NCBI GenBank assembly: GCA_013374835.1 | Contig: CP055307.1 | Span: forward strand, 407,315-471,314 | DNA from: Candidatus Woesebacteria bacterium | Lineage (GTDB): Bacteria; Patescibacteriota; Microgenomatia; UBA8517 | Direction of reading: 5' to 3' | Length of the DNA stretch: 64,000 nt | Shown: positions 1 to 9,120 of the stretch, in pieces | Layout: the number at the start of each line of letters is the position of its first letter | Numbering within the stretch: the stretch's first letter is position 1 | Notes under the pieces: model-generated | What the model was told of the DNA's origin: nothing | What the model saw: the letters and a program-made list of their open reading frames with translations, nothing else | Databases searched by the model: none | Made by a program: the position numbers and the translations under genes

Positions 1-276
1 TTTGAGATTGTTAAGCGCAGTAGTATTACCAATAAATACAATTGGCCGAATTATGTTATTGCAAAAAGACTCAAGGCAGAAGGTAAAACTTGGTTAGGTC
101 AGGAAGTGATACATATTCAACTAAACTTTACCGGTAATAAATCGGATATCAAACCAAACCCGGCTGAAATAAAACAATTCAAGTGGATAGATTGCGGAGA
201 GCTTGAGAGTCACTTTGTTATTCCAAATCAATGGAATGTGGCAAAAGAGGTTTTCAAGGATCTTAGCCTTCTCTAA
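1..276 (+). CDS. Partial (5'-truncated) Nudix hydrolase, RppH-like C-terminal half
   Basis: Frame 1 is open from the window edge to TAA at 274-276: ...NKYNWP...WLGQEV...DIKPNPAEIKQFKWID..., typical of the Nudix C-terminal half; the Nudix box lies outside the window. Confidence 0.55.
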   Translation, partial: FEIVKRSSITNKYNWPNYVIAKRLKAEGKTWLGQEVIHIQLNFTGNKSDIKPNPAEIKQFKWIDCGELESHFVIPNQWNVAKEVFKDLSLL

Positions 277-529
277 AACCAATTATCTGGTATCCATATT
301 TTTCAACTTCTTTTTTGCTCCAAAAAGGTAAATCCCTGGTCTTAACAACATAAGTAACTTTCTTCTCAATGATTCTTCCGGTATAGCTCTTTTTCTTTGG
401 ATCCCATTCTTTAAGAACCAAGATATCTCCTTCGCTGCATTCAAAATCATTAAGTCTCACTTCAAAATTCTTGTCTCCCTTTAGAATTGCATCAAAGTAC
501 GGCAGTTGAACTTTCTTTTCTATTTTCAT
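263..529 (-). CDS. DUF3850 / ASCH-like domain protein
   Basis: YFDAILKGDKNFEVRLND..GDILVLKEW pattern. Confidence 0.8.
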   Translation of the reverse strand: MKIEKKVQLPYFDAILKGDKNFEVRLNDFECSEGDILVLKEWDPKKKSYTGRIIEKKVTYVVKTRDLPFWSKKEVEKYGYQIIGFREG

Positions 530-553
530 GGTTTTGCAGTTATTATACCGAAT

Positions 554-1054
554 ATGGGCTCAAAACAATACCAAGAAGCCAGACTTTATTTGTTTACCAA
601 CTCATATTGTGGAAGAAGGATAATTTTATACTTAAAAAATAAGTGTAAAAAGAGAAGATTATCACAACGAATTAAACGACTAGCGATTGTTTTAAACTTC
701 AATTTCAAAAAACTCGAAAGGCTTATAAATGACGACTTAATATCAACCTGTCCTTATAAAAGACTGCCAAATAAATTGAAAATCTATCTTGAAATAGAAA
801 AAGAATTATCAGCTCTGGTAGAAGAAAAACTGGATGAGTACTCTACGGCACTTGAAGATTACCAAAGGCAACTACTAGCACCCGCTATTGAGAGGGCAGC
901 TGGTAATCTTATGAAAGATGTCGACGATCGAGAGTTCGATAAAACGCTAGAATTAAAAATAAGAAAATATACCTATATTTATTATAGGACTGTATATAAA
1001 TATAAGTTACCAACTTTGAGGATTGTACCCTTCATACTTAGACTAATCTCTTAA
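554..1054 (+). CDS. Hypothetical protein
   Basis: Open frame 506-1054; ATG at 554 avoids overlap with the divergent gene; no motif recognised. Confidence 0.55.
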   Translation: MGSKQYQEARLYLFTNSYCGRRIILYLKNKCKKRRLSQRIKRLAIVLNFNFKKLERLINDDLISTCPYKRLPNKLKIYLEIEKELSALVEEKLDEYSTALEDYQRQLLAPAIERAAGNLMKDVDDREFDKTLELKIRKYTYIYYRTVYKYKLPTLRIVPFILRLIS

Positions 1055-1111
1055 ATGTCTCAAAATCATTATTGACATATTTTGATATAGTCACTCTTGT
1101 CCACTGAAATA

Positions 1112-1243
1112 TGATATAATTCAACTATGAAAGTTAGATTAAGCGTAAATTATTGGTACGACAGACCTCTCAGGGAGGCTTTGTTGTTGTGAGTTAAAAA
1201 CCAATAGGTTAAACAGCAAACCTCCCAAACGGGAGGTTTTTTA
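1112..1243 (+). promoter_or_regulatory. Extended -10 promoter, 21-codon leader peptide and terminator/antiterminator (attenuator)
   Basis: TGaTATAAT 1112-1120; uORF 1127-1192 MKVRLSVNYWYDRPLREALLL*; hairpin aaacctccc-aaac-gggaggttt 1218-1239 plus T run; 1173-1188 is complementary to 1212-1226. Confidence 0.7.
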
Positions 1244-1255
1244 GTGGAGAAAATT

Positions 1256-1978
1256 ATGAAAAAAGCAGGAATCATCGGAGGATTGGGACCAGAAACTTCA
1301 GCCAAATTTTGTCTGGAGGTAGGTTTTGCTTGTTCAAAAAAGACAGGAATCAGACCAAATATTTTAGTATCAAATGTGGCAATTCCTCTTCGGACTGAAA
1401 GTGAAATCATAAACGGCAGAAATAAAGGGAAAATCTTACCACTTTTGATTGACTCGGCAAAACAACTGGAAAAAGCGGGGGCTGATTTTATTGTCATTCC
1501 CTGTAACACCGTTCATGTCTTTATCGAGGAGATAAGAAAGTCGGTTAAGATTCCTGTTTTAAGTATTGTTGAGGAGGCTGTTACTTTCCTAAATTCAAAA
1601 GGTGTTAAAAAAGTTGGACTGCTTGGAACAAATACAACAATAAAAGAAAAATTATTTGACAGACAGTTAAAACAAAACGGAATTAAAATAGTCATCCCAG
1701 ATAACTCTAATCAGACAAAATTAAGTCTACTAATAGACCGTTTAGTCAAAAAATTACCCAACAAAAGAGATAAACAAAAGTTGTTAGAGATAATCGATAG
1801 GTTTACCGCTAAAAATGTCGATTGCGTCCTTCTGGCCTGTACAGATTTGCAACTCCTGATTAAAAACCATAATAAGGTAAGAATTTTTGATACATTGGAT
1901 ATTCTCGCAAAAGCAACTGTCCGGGAAATAATAAATACCACTCCTGTTAGCAGAAAAGCCGGCTTTGAGCTAAAATAG
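1256..1978 (+). CDS. Aspartate/glutamate racemase family protein
   Basis: GIIGGLGPE, IVIPCNT and LACTD, with both catalytic Cys; GGAG before ATG 1256. Confidence 0.9.
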   Translation: MKKAGIIGGLGPETSAKFCLEVGFACSKKTGIRPNILVSNVAIPLRTESEIINGRNKGKILPLLIDSAKQLEKAGADFIVIPCNTVHVFIEEIRKSVKIPVLSIVEEAVTFLNSKGVKKVGLLGTNTTIKEKLFDRQLKQNGIKIVIPDNSNQTKLSLLIDRLVKKLPNKRDKQKLLEIIDRFTAKNVDCVLLACTDLQLLIKNHNKVRIFDTLDILAKATVREIINTTPVSRKAGFELK

Positions 1979-1984
1979 CTTCAT

Positions 1985-2608
1985 ATGAATGTTTATTCTG
2001 TCAGGCATGGACAATCTGAAGGAAATTTAAAAGGTCTTTATCAAGGGCCTGATGTCCCCTTGTCCCAAAAAGGCAAAGAACAAGCCAAAACCCTAGCCAA
2101 AAGGTTAAAAAATATCCCTATCGATGTCATCTATACCAGCCCTTTTATTCGTGCCAAAGAAACAGCCGAAATTATTGCCAAAGAACTGAAACTCCCAATT
2201 GAATATTGGGAAAGTTTAAAAGAAAGGGAAAGACCAACCGAATTGGAGGGATTACATATAGATGACCCAAAAGCAAGCGAAATAAAAGAACAAATTGCCC
2301 AAAATTGGTTAAAAGGAAACTGGAAGCACTCTGACGATGAAAGTTTTGAGGACCTAAAAAGCCGAGGACTAAAAATGGTTAAGCACCTGTTAGAAAAGCA
2401 CAGAAATCAGAATGTTTTGTGCGTTTCTCACGGAACAATAATGAAGATGATAGTAGTTTGCTCGATTTTCGGAGAAAAACTAACTCCTGAAGTCTTTTGG
2501 GAATTTAACAGTCACACCTGGAGCCAAAACACTGGCATCACCCACCTTGAGTTTATTGATAAATATGGCTGGGGTTTATTGACCTTGAACGACACAACAC
2601 ATTTATGA
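1985..2608 (+). CDS. Histidine phosphatase family protein
   Basis: RHGQS, SPFIRAKETA and VSHG motifs. Confidence 0.9.
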   Translation: MNVYSVRHGQSEGNLKGLYQGPDVPLSQKGKEQAKTLAKRLKNIPIDVIYTSPFIRAKETAEIIAKELKLPIEYWESLKERERPTELEGLHIDDPKASEIKEQIAQNWLKGNWKHSDDESFEDLKSRGLKMVKHLLEKHRNQNVLCVSHGTIMKMIVVCSIFGEKLTPEVFWEFNSHTWSQNTGITHLEFIDKYGWGLLTLNDTTHL

Positions 2609-2630
2609 AAAACGTAGCTTATTACAAACC

Positions 2631-3335
2631 ATGTTTATGAATAAACTATTTCTTTCAGGTGGTGGCGACAATGAAGAATTTGAGTTTCATAAAAAGTTCT
2701 TCGACTTACTGCCAAATAAAAAATTTATCTATATCCCTGTTGCCATGGAAGGGAGCAAAAAATACCCCTACCCCAAGTGCTATGAGTGGATCATGGGAAC
2801 ATTTTCAGAAGTTGCGGGGAGTAGTAAATTCGAAATAAAGATGGTTACCGATCTTGGTAGAGTAGATATAGAATACTTGAGATCTTATAGTGGTATTTAT
2901 ATTGGAGGGGGCAACACCTACAAACTCCTAAGAAACATTAAAAACATGGGCTTTGATGTAATTCTTAAGGAGTTTCTCCAAAATTACGGCCCAATTTATG
3001 GTGGCAGCGCCGGAGCAATAATTTTTGGTAAAAATATCGAAACATCAGGGGACGAAAATAATATCAATTATAAGGAAACAGATGGGCTTAATATGTTAAG
3101 AGATCTTTCGGTTGTTTGTCATTACGAAGGAACAGATAAAGAAAAGACAAAGATTATTGAATTTTTCAGAAAGCATAAAAGTGGAGTTATAGCTTTGCCT
3201 GAAGGGACCGGGCTAGTTGTATCTGACAAAAAAGTTGAAGTCATCGGCAAAGAATCTGCCACAGCATTTCTTTTAACGGGTTTCCCTTTTGAAATTTCCA
3301 AGGGCAAAATTAATTTCGAAAACCATTTTAAATAA
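2631..3335 (+). CDS. Peptidase S51 (peptidase E-like)
   Basis: IGGGNTYKLL, GGSAGA nucleophile motif, VCHY. Confidence 0.85.
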   Translation: MFMNKLFLSGGGDNEEFEFHKKFFDLLPNKKFIYIPVAMEGSKKYPYPKCYEWIMGTFSEVAGSSKFEIKMVTDLGRVDIEYLRSYSGIYIGGGNTYKLLRNIKNMGFDVILKEFLQNYGPIYGGSAGAIIFGKNIETSGDENNINYKETDGLNMLRDLSVVCHYEGTDKEKTKIIEFFRKHKSGVIALPEGTGLVVSDKKVEVIGKESATAFLLTGFPFEISKGKINFENHFK

Positions 3336-3847
3336 TGCTTACTAAAGAAGAAAAGGATTATTTATCAAAAATTAATCCCAACAAAAAAGTCTCGATATAT
3401 CCATTTGACCCAAAAGGTAAGGCCTTAGGAGAAACAATTGTTAAACAGATTAAAAATCATTTTCCCAATCTTGAAGTACTGTTTATGGGATCGGTAGCAC
3501 TGGGAATATCAGGGCAAAAAGACATTGATATTTATGCCCTGGCTTATCCTAAAGATTTTGGTAAGTATTTACCAATTTTTGAAAAGCTTTTTGGAAAAGT
3601 TGATAAACAATGGAAATATGTCAAAAAGACTTTTGTTGAATGGAAATTTAAAAAGGATGGCTACGAGATAGAAATTTATTTGACTGAACCACCAGAAAGA
3701 CAAATCAGAGTCTATGAGATACTCAAATCAAACAAAGAACTATTAAAAGAATATCAGAAGTTAAAACTTGAATTTAATGGCAAGAGTTTTAGAGATTATC
3801 AAAAAGCAAAATACGAGTTTTATAATAAAATACTAAACAATGAATAA
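3335..3847 (+). CDS. GrpB / nucleotidyltransferase-like protein
   Basis: MGSVALGISGQKDIDI and C-terminal EYQKLK..YQKAKYEF. Confidence 0.75.
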   Translation: MLTKEEKDYLSKINPNKKVSIYPFDPKGKALGETIVKQIKNHFPNLEVLFMGSVALGISGQKDIDIYALAYPKDFGKYLPIFEKLFGKVDKQWKYVKKTFVEWKFKKDGYEIEIYLTEPPERQIRVYEILKSNKELLKEYQKLKLEFNGKSFRDYQKAKYEFYNKILNNE

Positions 3848-4178
3848 ACAAAAAACAGATGATTTTTATTGTGATTTAGTATTCAGCAGAAAAGTCAAAG
3901 TTAATAAGCTTAAGGAAACAGAAAATATCCTTGCTTTTCATCACAAAAAACGCTATAGCAATCTTTTTCGCGAGTTTAATGAGCAAAAGACTCCTGAAGC
4001 AAGGTTTCTGAAAGAGATTGATAAGCTTGAGATGGCTTTCCAAGCCTTTGAGTATGAACAAAAAAGATATCCTTCTCACCTTTTCGATGAGTTCTGGGAA
4101 AACTCCGAAAAATATCTACGGGGAGGGAAACTTGAATATATTTTTCGTGAGCTTGAGATGATGAGAAAGAAATTGTAA
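3840..4178 (+). pseudogene. Chimeric remnant: HIT-family N-terminus joined to HD-domain C-terminus
   Basis: DDFYCDLVFS..ETENILAFHH (HIT start) followed by FREFNEQKTPEARFLKEIDKLEMAFQAFEYE (HD_3-type end); neither active-site motif is present. Confidence 0.6.
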
Positions 4179-4193
4179 ATAGTGGAGTATTAT

Positions 4194-4538
4194 TCACCTT
4201 AAAATATCCCACCCTGGGATATTTTTTCTCTTTTGGAATTTTTCTGGTACTTTGTCCTCAAATTCAATCTCAAATCTGCTTTTCTTCTCGGTCCACTTAA
4301 ATTCAAACCAAATATTTTCAATCTCTCTAAGTTTGCATCTTATCGAGAAACGATAAACAACGCCTTTTACCGGTGTTTTATAAATCTTTATTGTCGTCCT
4401 TTTTTTATCTTTTCTTATCCTCTTTGTTCCTGTGTATTTGTCAATAACAAATCCGGTTTCTATAAAACCGAGCTTTTGACAGAGATTGTAAGCTTCTTTG
4501 TTTGTTAAAACTATTCGGTGCTCCATTTTGATCATCAT
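4194..4538 (-). CDS. Hypothetical protein (weak CYTH-like features)
   Basis: 114 aa ORF; EHR start, RIRK and FEIEF are only suggestive. Confidence 0.45.
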   Translation of the reverse strand: MMIKMEHRIVLTNKEAYNLCQKLGFIETGFVIDKYTGTKRIRKDKKRTTIKIYKTPVKGVVYRFSIRCKLREIENIWFEFKWTEKKSRFEIEFEDKVPEKFQKRKNIPGWDILR

Positions 4539-4591
4539 ATCATATTGTTTGGTAGTATTTTGGTTAAGGTAACAAAATGTATAATTTGGCT

Positions 4592-5374
4592 ATGCTGAAA
4601 ATTTATAGAGAGTCTGTGATAGCCGGTTTTACGCAGGTTGCTAATTATAAAAGCGAGATATGGCTTGCGGTTTTGGCAAAGGTGTTTCAGGTTTTTCTTC
4701 TAGTTTTATTTTGGAATGTAATCTCAAAAACATCTCAAATAAAACTTGAAGTTGGCGAACTAATTTCCTATTTTTTTATAGCCAACACAGTTCAGGTCTT
4801 GGTGGATGGAGAAGCTCTTCGTTTTGCAAGACTTTTAACTGAGGAGATTAAAAATGGCACTGTCAGCTCTTTTTTGGTACGTCCAGTTAATGTGCCTATT
4901 TTTCTTTATACTAGGTTTCTTGGCAATCAGGGATTGGTGATTATCATCACTCTTGTCATTACAGTTTTGGGGTTTGTTGTTTATTTTCAGGGTAATTTGA
5001 TAAAAATACTTTTATTTATATTAACAGTTTTTTTTGCTTTTCTTTGCGCATTTGGCCTAAATCTAATAGTGGGATCGTTTTCATTTTGGACAACCGAGTC
5101 AAAGGGGATTAAACATGTTGTGTCCCATGTTATAAGGGTCTTTGGTGGATCGTTAATCCCAATAACGTTTTTCCCCTACAAGATTAAATTATTAATCCTT
5201 GCGACGCCTTTCCCGTCGTTTGCTTATATTCCAGGAATACTTATAAGGGGCAGTATTACAAGTGAGATAGTTTTTGGCATTTTTTCTGCATTTGCCTGGT
5301 CGTCTTTACTTCTGTTTTTTGGATTTTGGCTTTGGAAGAAAGGAGTAAGACAATATGAATCTGTCGGAATTTAA
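4592..5374 (+). CDS. ABC-2 family permease (DUF990-like)
   Basis: Multi-TM; EIKNGTVSSFLVRPV, FGGSLIPITFFP, YESVG end; ATG 4592 follows TATAAT. Confidence 0.85.
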   Translation: MLKIYRESVIAGFTQVANYKSEIWLAVLAKVFQVFLLVLFWNVISKTSQIKLEVGELISYFFIANTVQVLVDGEALRFARLLTEEIKNGTVSSFLVRPVNVPIFLYTRFLGNQGLVIIITLVITVLGFVVYFQGNLIKILLFILTVFFAFLCAFGLNLIVGSFSFWTTESKGIKHVVSHVIRVFGGSLIPITFFPYKIKLLILATPFPSFAYIPGILIRGSITSEIVFGIFSAFAWSSLLLFFGFWLWKKGVRQYESVGI

Positions 5375-6182
5375 AGAAGGGGTTTTTATTAGGTGGAAAA
5401 TTCTTAAAGCTAATACAAAATATTCATTCCAAGAGAGTGTTTCCTATACTGCTAATAACTGGGGATCTTTGGCATCGACTCTTATTTTTATGATTACCTT
5501 TTTGATTTTCGTTTCGGCAATTTATGGGAATGTTAGAAGTATTGCTGGTTATTCATATTCTGAGATGCTGGTTTTTGTTTTTGTTGCTCAGATTAATTTT
5601 TATCTTACTTGGACTTTTAGTATCTCTAATGTTGTTAAACTCGGGCAGGGTGTGAAAACCGGAGAGTTGGACCTTTATTTAACAAAACCAGTTCCGCATC
5701 TTTGGTTTGTTACTTTTAGAAAAATTGACTTGGTTTTGCTTTTTTCAAATGCTATCCCCTCTTTAATTCCACTATTTTATTTACTTATTAAAAATTACGA
5801 TTTAGATATAGGAATGGAAAACTTGCTTTTGGGTATCATAATGATTATTCTCGGACAGATATTTTTGCATTGTTTTCAGTTTATTATTCTTCTTGGTGCA
5901 TTTTGGACTGGAGAGGCTAGAGGATTTGAGCTTTTGGCTTATCAGTTGGGTAATTATAACGAACCAATTCCGTTTGAGGGGTATCCAGCAAATTTCAGAA
6001 ACTGGGGGTTTGTGATTTTGCCTGTTATTTTTCATACTGCTTTAACATCTTCTTATCTTTTGGGCAAAACCAGTGATTTAAGCTTGTTTTTACTAGTCTT
6101 GAGTGCGACAATTATTGCGTTATTTGCTAAAAATTTTGTTTGGAAATTGGCTTTAAGACAATATTCCTCAGCATCGTCGTAA
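5355..6182 (+). CDS. ABC-2 family permease (DUF990-like)
   Basis: Multi-TM; VKTGELDLYLTKP, LRQYSSASS end. Confidence 0.85.
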   Translation: MNLSEFKEGVFIRWKILKANTKYSFQESVSYTANNWGSLASTLIFMITFLIFVSAIYGNVRSIAGYSYSEMLVFVFVAQINFYLTWTFSISNVVKLGQGVKTGELDLYLTKPVPHLWFVTFRKIDLVLLFSNAIPSLIPLFYLLIKNYDLDIGMENLLLGIIMIILGQIFLHCFQFIILLGAFWTGEARGFELLAYQLGNYNEPIPFEGYPANFRNWGFVILPVIFHTALTSSYLLGKTSDLSLFLLVLSATIIALFAKNFVWKLALRQYSSASS

Positions 6183-6186
6183 AGAT

Positions 6187-7146
6187 ATGAATGTAATTTC
6201 GGTAACCAATCTAACAAAGATATATAAAGTCATAAAAAGGGACAGAGGATTTATAAAGAATCTTTTTATTCCCGGCTATAGAGAGATACTTGCAGTTGAT
6301 AAAATCAGCTTCTCTGTCAAGGCTGGGGAGTCTATTGCCTTTTTGGGACCAAATGGAGCGGGCAAAACTACAACTCTTAAGATGCTTACTGGTTTAATTT
6401 ATCCAACTGAGGGTGATATTTCGGTTTTAGGATTTACACCTACTGACAGGAAGAGAGAATTTTTGAGAAATATCGCACTTGTTATGGGTAATAAGAACAG
6501 CCTTTCTTGGGATTTGACGGCAAGGCAAAATCTTTCGCTTTTTATTAGCATGTATAAAACTACTGAAAAAAATTCATGGAAGGCTATTTATGAGATGGCT
6601 CAAATGCTTGAGGTTGATGATCTTTTTGAGACTCAAATTAGAAAGATGTCCCTAGGGCAGAGATTAAAATTTGAACTTATTGCTGCTATATTTCATAAAC
6701 CCGCGATTCTTTTTCTTGACGAACCTACGATTGGATTGGATATTATTTCAAAAAGAAAAATTAGGCAATTCTTAAGACATGTTAACGAAACCGAAGAAAC
6801 AACGATTATTCTTACCAGTCATGAAATGGCTGATATTGAGAAGGTATGCGACAGAGTCATTGTCATTAATCAAGGAAAAATTGTTTTTGACGGTTCAATG
6901 ATTACGTTAATCAGTAAATACAAAGACAAAAAATATTTTGATGTAATTTTCAAAAAAGAAGTAAACAAAGATAGACTTGAAAAATACGGTAAAATTGTTT
7001 CTCAGCATAATCTTTCGTGTACCTTTGAGGTGCCAAGGGAAAAGCAAGGAGAAGCAATTTCCAAAATTATCTCAAAATTGCCGGTTGAGGATATTAATAT
7101 TAAGCCCACTCCGCTAGATGAGATTATTGAGGATTTATTTAAATGA
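6187..7146 (+). CDS. ABC transporter ATP-binding protein
   Basis: GPNGAGKTT, MSLGQR, LFLDEPTIGLD, TSH. Confidence 0.95.
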   Translation: MNVISVTNLTKIYKVIKRDRGFIKNLFIPGYREILAVDKISFSVKAGESIAFLGPNGAGKTTTLKMLTGLIYPTEGDISVLGFTPTDRKREFLRNIALVMGNKNSLSWDLTARQNLSLFISMYKTTEKNSWKAIYEMAQMLEVDDLFETQIRKMSLGQRLKFELIAAIFHKPAILFLDEPTIGLDIISKRKIRQFLRHVNETEETTIILTSHEMADIEKVCDRVIVINQGKIVFDGSMITLISKYKDKKYFDVIFKKEVNKDRLEKYGKIVSQHNLSCTFEVPREKQGEAISKIISKLPVEDINIKPTPLDEIIEDLFK

Positions 7147-7208
7147 AAGTAAAAGTAATCATTGGCTCAAATAATCAAGATAAAGTAGAAATTGTTAAAA
7201 TTGTTTAA
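7143..7208 (+). pseudogene. N-terminal remnant of an ITPase/YjjX(DUF84)-like gene
   Basis: MKVKVIIGSNNQDKVEIVKIV*, overlapping the upstream stop as ATGA; resembles the GSxNxxK start of the family. Confidence 0.4.
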
Positions 7209-7299
7209 TCTTCATTTGAATGTTGAGATTTGAGGAATAAAAGAATAATTGATGAATTTAATATTTCTTGCTTCGTTTTTTGCTATTTTTTTTATAGTG

Positions 7300-7487
7300 A
7301 ACTTGGGAAGTTTGGTAACTCTATTAAATATAGAGTTTGTTTTAGGCATTGGATAGAAGCTCTCTTTATTCATCATTTTTAACGCGCCCTGCCTTTTCGG
7401 CTAGCTTTTCGGTTAAATTGTCCGGGCCGGGGCACTGATTTCAAGGACAGTATCGTTTTTATTCAGATCTGCGAATTTGTTTGACAT
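7300..7487 (-). pseudogene. Degraded RsmA/KsgA-like rRNA adenine dimethylase
   Basis: Fragments in different frames: ADLNKNDTVLEISA / GPDNLTEKLAEKAGRV / KESFYPMPKTNS. Confidence 0.65.
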
Positions 7488-7519
7488 CCACTTAGAGTAT
7501 TATGGCGGAGAGCTGTTTT

Positions 7520-7912
7520 TTATTCGGTAGTTATTCCGTCAAAGTGTTCCTCGTTTGCGAGAGCGTCTTTTTTGGTGGGATGAATGGTTCCATCTTTGTG
7601 TTCCGGAGGTGAATACACCGTATAAAGCTTGAGATCTGTTTGGCCCGTATTAATTATATTGTGCTTTGTTCCTTTTGGTACTATAACAACGCTTTCGGCT
7701 TTGACATCATATTGTTCGTTGTTTAAAACCGCTTTGCCAGTTCCTGCTTCGATTCGGATAAATTGATCAAGGTCATGAACTTCTTCCCCAATATCTTCTC
7801 CCGGAGGAATAGACATGACAACAAGCTGGCTGTTTGGTGCTGTGTAGAGCACTTTTCTGAAGTTTGTATTATTAATGGTTAGCTCTTCTATGTTACCAAT
7901 AAAACCTTTCAT
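7520..7912 (-). CDS. Cupin domain protein
   Basis: QLVVMSIPPGEDIGEEVH..DQFIRIEAG, VPKGTKHN, YSPPEH. Confidence 0.9.
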   Translation of the reverse strand: MKGFIGNIEELTINNTNFRKVLYTAPNSQLVVMSIPPGEDIGEEVHDLDQFIRIEAGTGKAVLNNEQYDVKAESVVIVPKGTKHNIINTGQTDLKLYTVYSPPEHKDGTIHPTKKDALANEEHFDGITTE

Positions 7913-7973
7913 GGGTATTTTAAAGATTAATGGTAAAAAATTATCGTGTCAAGCTTGTTTGTTAAGAAATTAA

Positions 7974-8009
7974 AAAAAGCGCCGGTAGATACTAAACGCG
8001 GCGCTTTTT
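7974..8009. terminator. Intrinsic terminator after the RNA-binding protein gene
   Basis: aaaaagcgccg ... cggcgcttttt inverted repeat with A/T runs on both sides. Confidence 0.75.
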
Positions 8010-8025
8010 ATTAAATTTTAAAAAA

Positions 8026-8286
8026 TTAGTTTCTCTCTTTGGGAGGCCTTGCTTCACTTACAGTGATTTTTCTTCCTCCGACCTCGGTATCGTTTAATGT
8101 TTCAATCGCCTTTTTAGTATCTTCTTCCTTTTCCATTTCTACAAAAGCAAAACCCTTGCTTCTTCCTGTAAATTTATCAGTAATAATATTGCACGATACA
8201 ACCGCACCGATTTTTGAAAAGATTTCCTGAAGCTCTTCGTTTGTCAAGCTATAAGGAAGTCCTCCGACAAATAATCTTTTTGACAT
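8026..8286 (-). CDS. RRM (RNP-1) RNA-binding protein
   Basis: LFVGGL (RNP2) and KGFAFVEM (RNP1); strong SD ggtggtga. Confidence 0.95.
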   Translation of the reverse strand: MSKRLFVGGLPYSLTNEELQEIFSKIGAVVSCNIITDKFTGRSKGFAFVEMEKEEDTKKAIETLNDTEVGGRKITVSEARPPKERN

Positions 8287-8406
8287 CTATAAATCACCAC
8301 CTTTTAACTTTTACTGCTTGAACTGGGTGATTAGAACGCTCAAAAGACTATTTATCTACGAGTGTCAATCTGTCCCAGAAACAGATATAGCATATTATAA
8401 CATAAT

Positions 8407-9045
8407 TTAAGATTTCCAAGCTTTATCAAGAATAGTAATTACTTTTTCATCTGTTACTTGGTCAAAATTATCATAGTAAACAGCTATAGAACCAAGATTT
8501 TTCTCAACAATTGGACAGATAAATTCGTTAATTTTTTGGGAAATTTTTTTGCCTGCCTCTACCGACGAGACGGGTACAGCAAATACAATTTTTTTGGGTT
8601 TAAATGATTTGGCAGCCTTGATGGCCGCTTGTGCTGTTACACCGGTTGCCAGGCCGTCGTCAACCAATATTACTGTTTTTCCTTTAATGTTTAGGGGTTT
8701 TTTTCTGTAAAGAATTTTTCTTCTTTTAAGTTCTTTTTTTTCTTTCTTTATTTCATTTATGAGGTCCTTTTTTTTGAGATTGAGAAGCTTGAGGCTTTTG
8801 ACATCAAAATAGGAGGAGTTGTTTTCCGAAATGGCGCCTAATCCAAACTCTTTATTGTGGGGTGCGCCTATTTTTCTGGTTACCAGAACATTCATTGGTA
8901 TTAGAAGTTTTTTGCTTATAAAATAAGCTATTTCCACTCCTCCTCTTGGAATAGCAAGAATAACCGCGTCTTTTTTGTATTTATATTTAAGCAGAAGATC
9001 TGCCAAGATTTTGCCTGCTTCTTGCCTATTTTTGTATCGAAGCAT
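8407..9045 (-). CDS. Phosphoribosyltransferase family protein
   Basis: AIPRGG and VILVDDGLATG PRPP-binding loop. Confidence 0.9.
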   Translation of the reverse strand: MLRYKNRQEAGKILADLLLKYKYKKDAVILAIPRGGVEIAYFISKKLLIPMNVLVTRKIGAPHNKEFGLGAISENNSSYFDVKSLKLLNLKKKDLINEIKKEKKELKRRKILYRKKPLNIKGKTVILVDDGLATGVTAQAAIKAAKSFKPKKIVFAVPVSSVEAGKKISQKINEFICPIVEKNLGSIAVYYDNFDQVTDEKVITILDKAWKS

Positions 9046-9120
9046 TTGATTCTGTCTAGTTTATTTTAGACTAATTGGCAAGAATTTAAAAATGCGATAT
9101 ATTTAAATAAAGTAAGCAAA

